Source: Octopus sinensis (taxonomy: Eukaryota). Taken from it: DNA of 64,000 bases. A program made the translations under genes and the position numbers. The notes below the pieces were generated by a model. It was not told where the DNA came from and made no database searches. It saw only the letters and a list, made by a program, of their open reading frames with translations. Below, piece after piece: positions 63,201 to 64,000 of this stretch (position 1 is its first letter; every line of letters begins with the position of its first letter). Location of the stretch: positions 1-64,000 of the forward strand of contig NW_021832128.1 in the NCBI RefSeq assembly GCF_006345805.1. Direction: 5' to 3'.

Positions 63201-63630
63201 AAGTGCCGTCAGCCGGGCCTGCCCGAGGTGTTGCTAGGACGGCGAAACCGTTCTGCACGCACTCGTCCAGTGCCCGAGTATTGCTGAAATATGGGTTTAT
63301 GTCGAACAGCTACTGTCACGTGTAGGACGGATCCGACTATCGGCCGAATCCATAGTGAAGATTGCCCCGCCGACCTCCTTTAACAAGGAGGGCGAGGCCG
63401 TTTTCTTGTGCCTAGTGGCTGTGGCGAAAGAAGTTGTGTGGTGGACTCGTTTGAAAAGGCTAAAGTCAGACACTTTCCTCTTTGGTCAAGGCCTCATCAA
63501 CTTTTTCAACTTGAAGAGGAAGATGAGGTTAGAGAGGAAAGTGCTGTCCGATAGCAAGTTTTATGAAAGGTGGGTGAATTGTGCGAGACTGGCCAGTATA
63601 AATGGACCAGTTCTCAGGTTTCGCCTGTGA
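60210..63630 (+). pseudogene. Tx1 ORF2 remnant: APE endonuclease, RT, C-terminal zinc finger
   Basis: IGCLNVRGL, ISETR, VGDWN, SYLDRV, WKLN, PGLDG, FRPITLLN, DQSKAFDRVDH, QGCPLS, YADD (62268), CPRC...ETVLHALVQC; stops at 60783, 62548, 63160 and 63235; one frameshift near 62016. Confidence 0.93.
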
Positions 63631-63900
63631 TTTCAAAAGGGTAATATAAAAGGAGAAAAAAGGGACTCTCTACACCCCTTTTTTGACCAGGCTCCCATTG
63701 GCTTTTATAGGGTTTTTTCCACCAGGAACCTTTCGTAACGCCTCCCCCTATTGGGAGTTTTTCATTGTTAATTTTTTAATTGTTATAAAGTTTTTACTCG
63801 GATTTTTCAAAAACGGACAAAACCCTTTGTAACCTTTCGTCCTGTTTTGTCCCTTTATGTAATCATGTATGTCAGCCCTTGTGGCCAATAAAAAGAATAA

Positions 63901-63942
<42 letters not shown>
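63901..63942. repeat. (ATT)n microsatellite, 3' flank of Tx1 element
   Basis: Direct inspection. Confidence 0.97.
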
Positions 63943-63945
<3 letters not shown>

Positions 63946-64000
63946 AATAACAATACCAGTAAAACAATATGTGCATTACGCCGTTCACAGTACATATTAG

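Larger units (their letters stand above)
58117..63900 (+). mobile_element. Near full-length (about 5.8 kb) Tx1-clade (L1 superfamily) LINE, inactivated
   Basis: 5' UTR, ORF1 remnant, ORF2 remnant, 3' UTR with AATAAA at 63887; flanked by (ATT)n on both sides. Confidence 0.9.

Noticed and set aside
60200-63630. GC-rich block as bacterial contamination or horizontal gene transfer
   Set aside because: It encodes APE, RT and a zinc finger in L1/Tx1 order and is continuous with ORF1 and the 3' UTR.

Overview
AT-rich eukaryotic genomic DNA, most likely from an octopus or other coleoid cephalopod, judged from the tRNA-SINE, RTE, Dong/R4 and Penelope-like repeat families and the dense microsatellites. 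There is no prokaryotic operon, CRISPR array, rRNA or intact tRNA gene. The only supportable host gene is on the minus strand: three small in-frame exons (41021-41072, 40198-40317, 1140-1264) whose joined peptide resembles the N-terminus of IQCH. The last two exons are separated by a 38.9-kb intron, and the gene continues beyond the left edge. Almost everything else is decayed, nested transposable-element sequence: RTE LINEs with a PHD-like finger inside the RT, BovB-like RTEs, Dong/R4-type RLE LINEs, Penelope-like fragments, Ty3/Gypsy elements and solo LTRs, Tc1/mariner/pogo transposons and SINEs. The right end holds a near full-length but disrupted Tx1-clade LINE flanked on both sides by (ATT)n. 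The most interesting observations are that Tx1 insertion, a perfect 96-bp-arm palindrome centred on a half hammerhead motif, two Penelope-type hammerhead ribozyme motifs, and several base-resolved rearrangements (an integrase inversion, a Tc1-adjacent deletion and a local templated insertion). All calls were made by eye with no database search. Repeat boundaries are approximate unless termini are quoted.
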